Assembly: GCA_049966395.1 (NCBI GenBank)
Contig: JBMFUT010000016.1
Coordinates: 1 to 15,747 of the forward strand
DNA length: 15,747 bases
Source: Candidatus Micrarchaeia archaeon
Lineage (GTDB): Archaea; Micrarchaeota; Micrarchaeia; Micrarchaeales; CABMGC01
Reading direction: 5' to 3'
This document shows, piece by piece, positions 14,680 through 15,747 of this stretch (the stretch's first letter is position 1; every line of letters begins with the position of its first letter). Position numbers and translations under genes: made by a program. Below the pieces are notes generated by a model. That model was not told the origin of the DNA. It searched no databases and saw only the letters and a list, made by a program, of their open reading frames with translations.

Positions 14680-15615
14680 ATGAAAAATGACTTGCTATCA
14701 AAAACAGTGAAGGATGTCAAAATAGAAAAAAACATGAGCGTAAAGTCGCTTATAGACAACATGAGGAACATTGGCGGCTTTTCGGCGCAACACATGGTTG
14801 AGGGGATAGACATAGTGTCAAAGATGCTGAATGACAAGGATTCGTTCAACTTTCTTTCCTTCCCAGCAGACATAATAGCAACTGGATTGAGGGGCATGAT
14901 AGCGAATGCGGTGAAGTACTTTGATGCCATAATAACAACCGGCGGGACGCTAGACCACGATCTTGCAAAGGCATACGGAGGCAAGTACAGCCTCGGCCGC
15001 TTTGAAGTCGATGACAGCATGCTCCACAAGAAGAACGTATACAGGCTCGGAAACATATTCATAGGAAGGGACGAATACGGCCTTTCTGTAGAGAATTACT
15101 TCAACGACATAATTGGCAAAGTGGTAAACGGAGGGAAGGAGGAATTCAGCGCAAGCGAACTCATAAGGGAATTCGGCAGAAACATGAAAGACAATAACTC
15201 AATAATAAGGCAGGCATACCTGCACAACGTGCCAATTTACTGCCCTGGAATCCTCGATGGAGCATTCGGCACGCAACTTTCTATATTCGCCCAAGACCAC
15301 AAGTTCAAATTGAACCTTATAAAAGACGAACTCGAACTGAGCAACATAATGTTTGACAACAAGGTTACAGGAGCTTTGATGGTAGGAGGAGGCATAAGCA
15401 AGCATCACGTAATATGGTGGAACCAATTCAAGGGAGGCCTAGATTACGCGGTCTACGTAACAACGGCGAGCCAGTATGATGGAAGCCTTTCCGGGGCAAG
15501 GCTTACAGAGGCGGTGTCCTGGGGCAAAGTCAAAGAGGACGCAAGATACACTACGATAGACGGCGATGCCACAATAATACTGCCTATAATGTTTTCATAC
15601 CTGAATCTTGTATAA
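14680..15615 (+). CDS. dhs: Deoxyhypusine synthase (aIF5A modification)
   Basis: GGFSA, TTGGTLDHD, RLGNIF, GGGISKHH, DGSLSGA and EAVSWGK (catalytic Lys retained), GDAT. ATG at 14680 (alternative GTG at 14668). Confidence 0.95.
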   Translation: MKNDLLSKTVKDVKIEKNMSVKSLIDNMRNIGGFSAQHMVEGIDIVSKMLNDKDSFNFLSFPADIIATGLRGMIANAVKYFDAIITTGGTLDHDLAKAYGGKYSLGRFEVDDSMLHKKNVYRLGNIFIGRDEYGLSVENYFNDIIGKVVNGGKEEFSASELIREFGRNMKDNNSIIRQAYLHNVPIYCPGILDGAFGTQLSIFAQDHKFKLNLIKDELELSNIMFDNKVTGALMVGGGISKHHVIWWNQFKGGLDYAVYVTTASQYDGSLSGARLTEAVSWGKVKEDARYTTIDGDATIILPIMFSYLNLV

Positions 15616-15627
15616 GTGGCAATACAC

Positions 15628-15747
15628 ATGCTCCTCGTGATATGCGAGTATTTCGTCTTCGCAGTATTCTTTGCGATGCTTGTGCTTGATACTAAAGGCC
15701 TTATCGCAAAGCGCGAACTATACAAAAAGGATCCTAAATTCAACCCA
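15628..15747 (+). CDS. Partial ORF with an N-terminal TM helix, running off the window end
   Basis: MLLVICEYFVFAVFFAMLVLDTKGLIAKRELYKKDPKFNP is open to the edge. An in-frame GTG at 15616 abuts the dhs stop. Function cannot be assigned from 40 codons. Confidence 0.6.
   Translation, partial: MLLVICEYFVFAVFFAMLVLDTKGLIAKRELYKKDPKFNP

Noticed and set aside
1..15747. tRNA, rRNA, CRISPR array, mobile element or defence system
   Set aside because: All intergenic gaps are about 115 bp or less, with no cloverleaf or repeat-spacer pattern, and no ORF has transposase, integrase or defence-nuclease motifs.

Overview
Gene-dense archaeal chromosomal segment. The archaeal call rests on eS26, aCPSF1/FttA, proteasome beta, SecE/Sec61-gamma and deoxyhypusine synthase. 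Compact genes, a truncated RqcH and overall sequence style suggest a DPANN lineage such as Micrarchaeota, but this is inference. Housekeeping genes flank a surface-glycosylation module. Left arm: rps26e, a B-box-like Zn-finger membrane protein, fttA, psmB and a single-TRAM protein. Centre: a GT-C-like multi-pass protein with a sequon-rich ectodomain, divergent from two tandem Wzx/MOP flippases and a DPM1-like GT2. Right arm: pyrG, a C-terminal-half RqcH/NFACT-R gene coupled to secE, ftsZ, dhs and a partial membrane ORF. No rRNA, tRNA, CRISPR array or mobile element was seen. Most notable observations: (1) a perfect 48-bp identical tract between otherwise synonymously divergent flippase paralogues; (2) a 5-bp tandem duplication that appears to have displaced the coupled ATG of flippase 2; (3) a GT-C-like protein that seems to lack expected conserved charged residues; (4) a half-RqcH in the slot after ftsZ-secE normally held by spt5; (5) a membrane-anchored B-box-like protein with two Cys-to-Asp ligand swaps.
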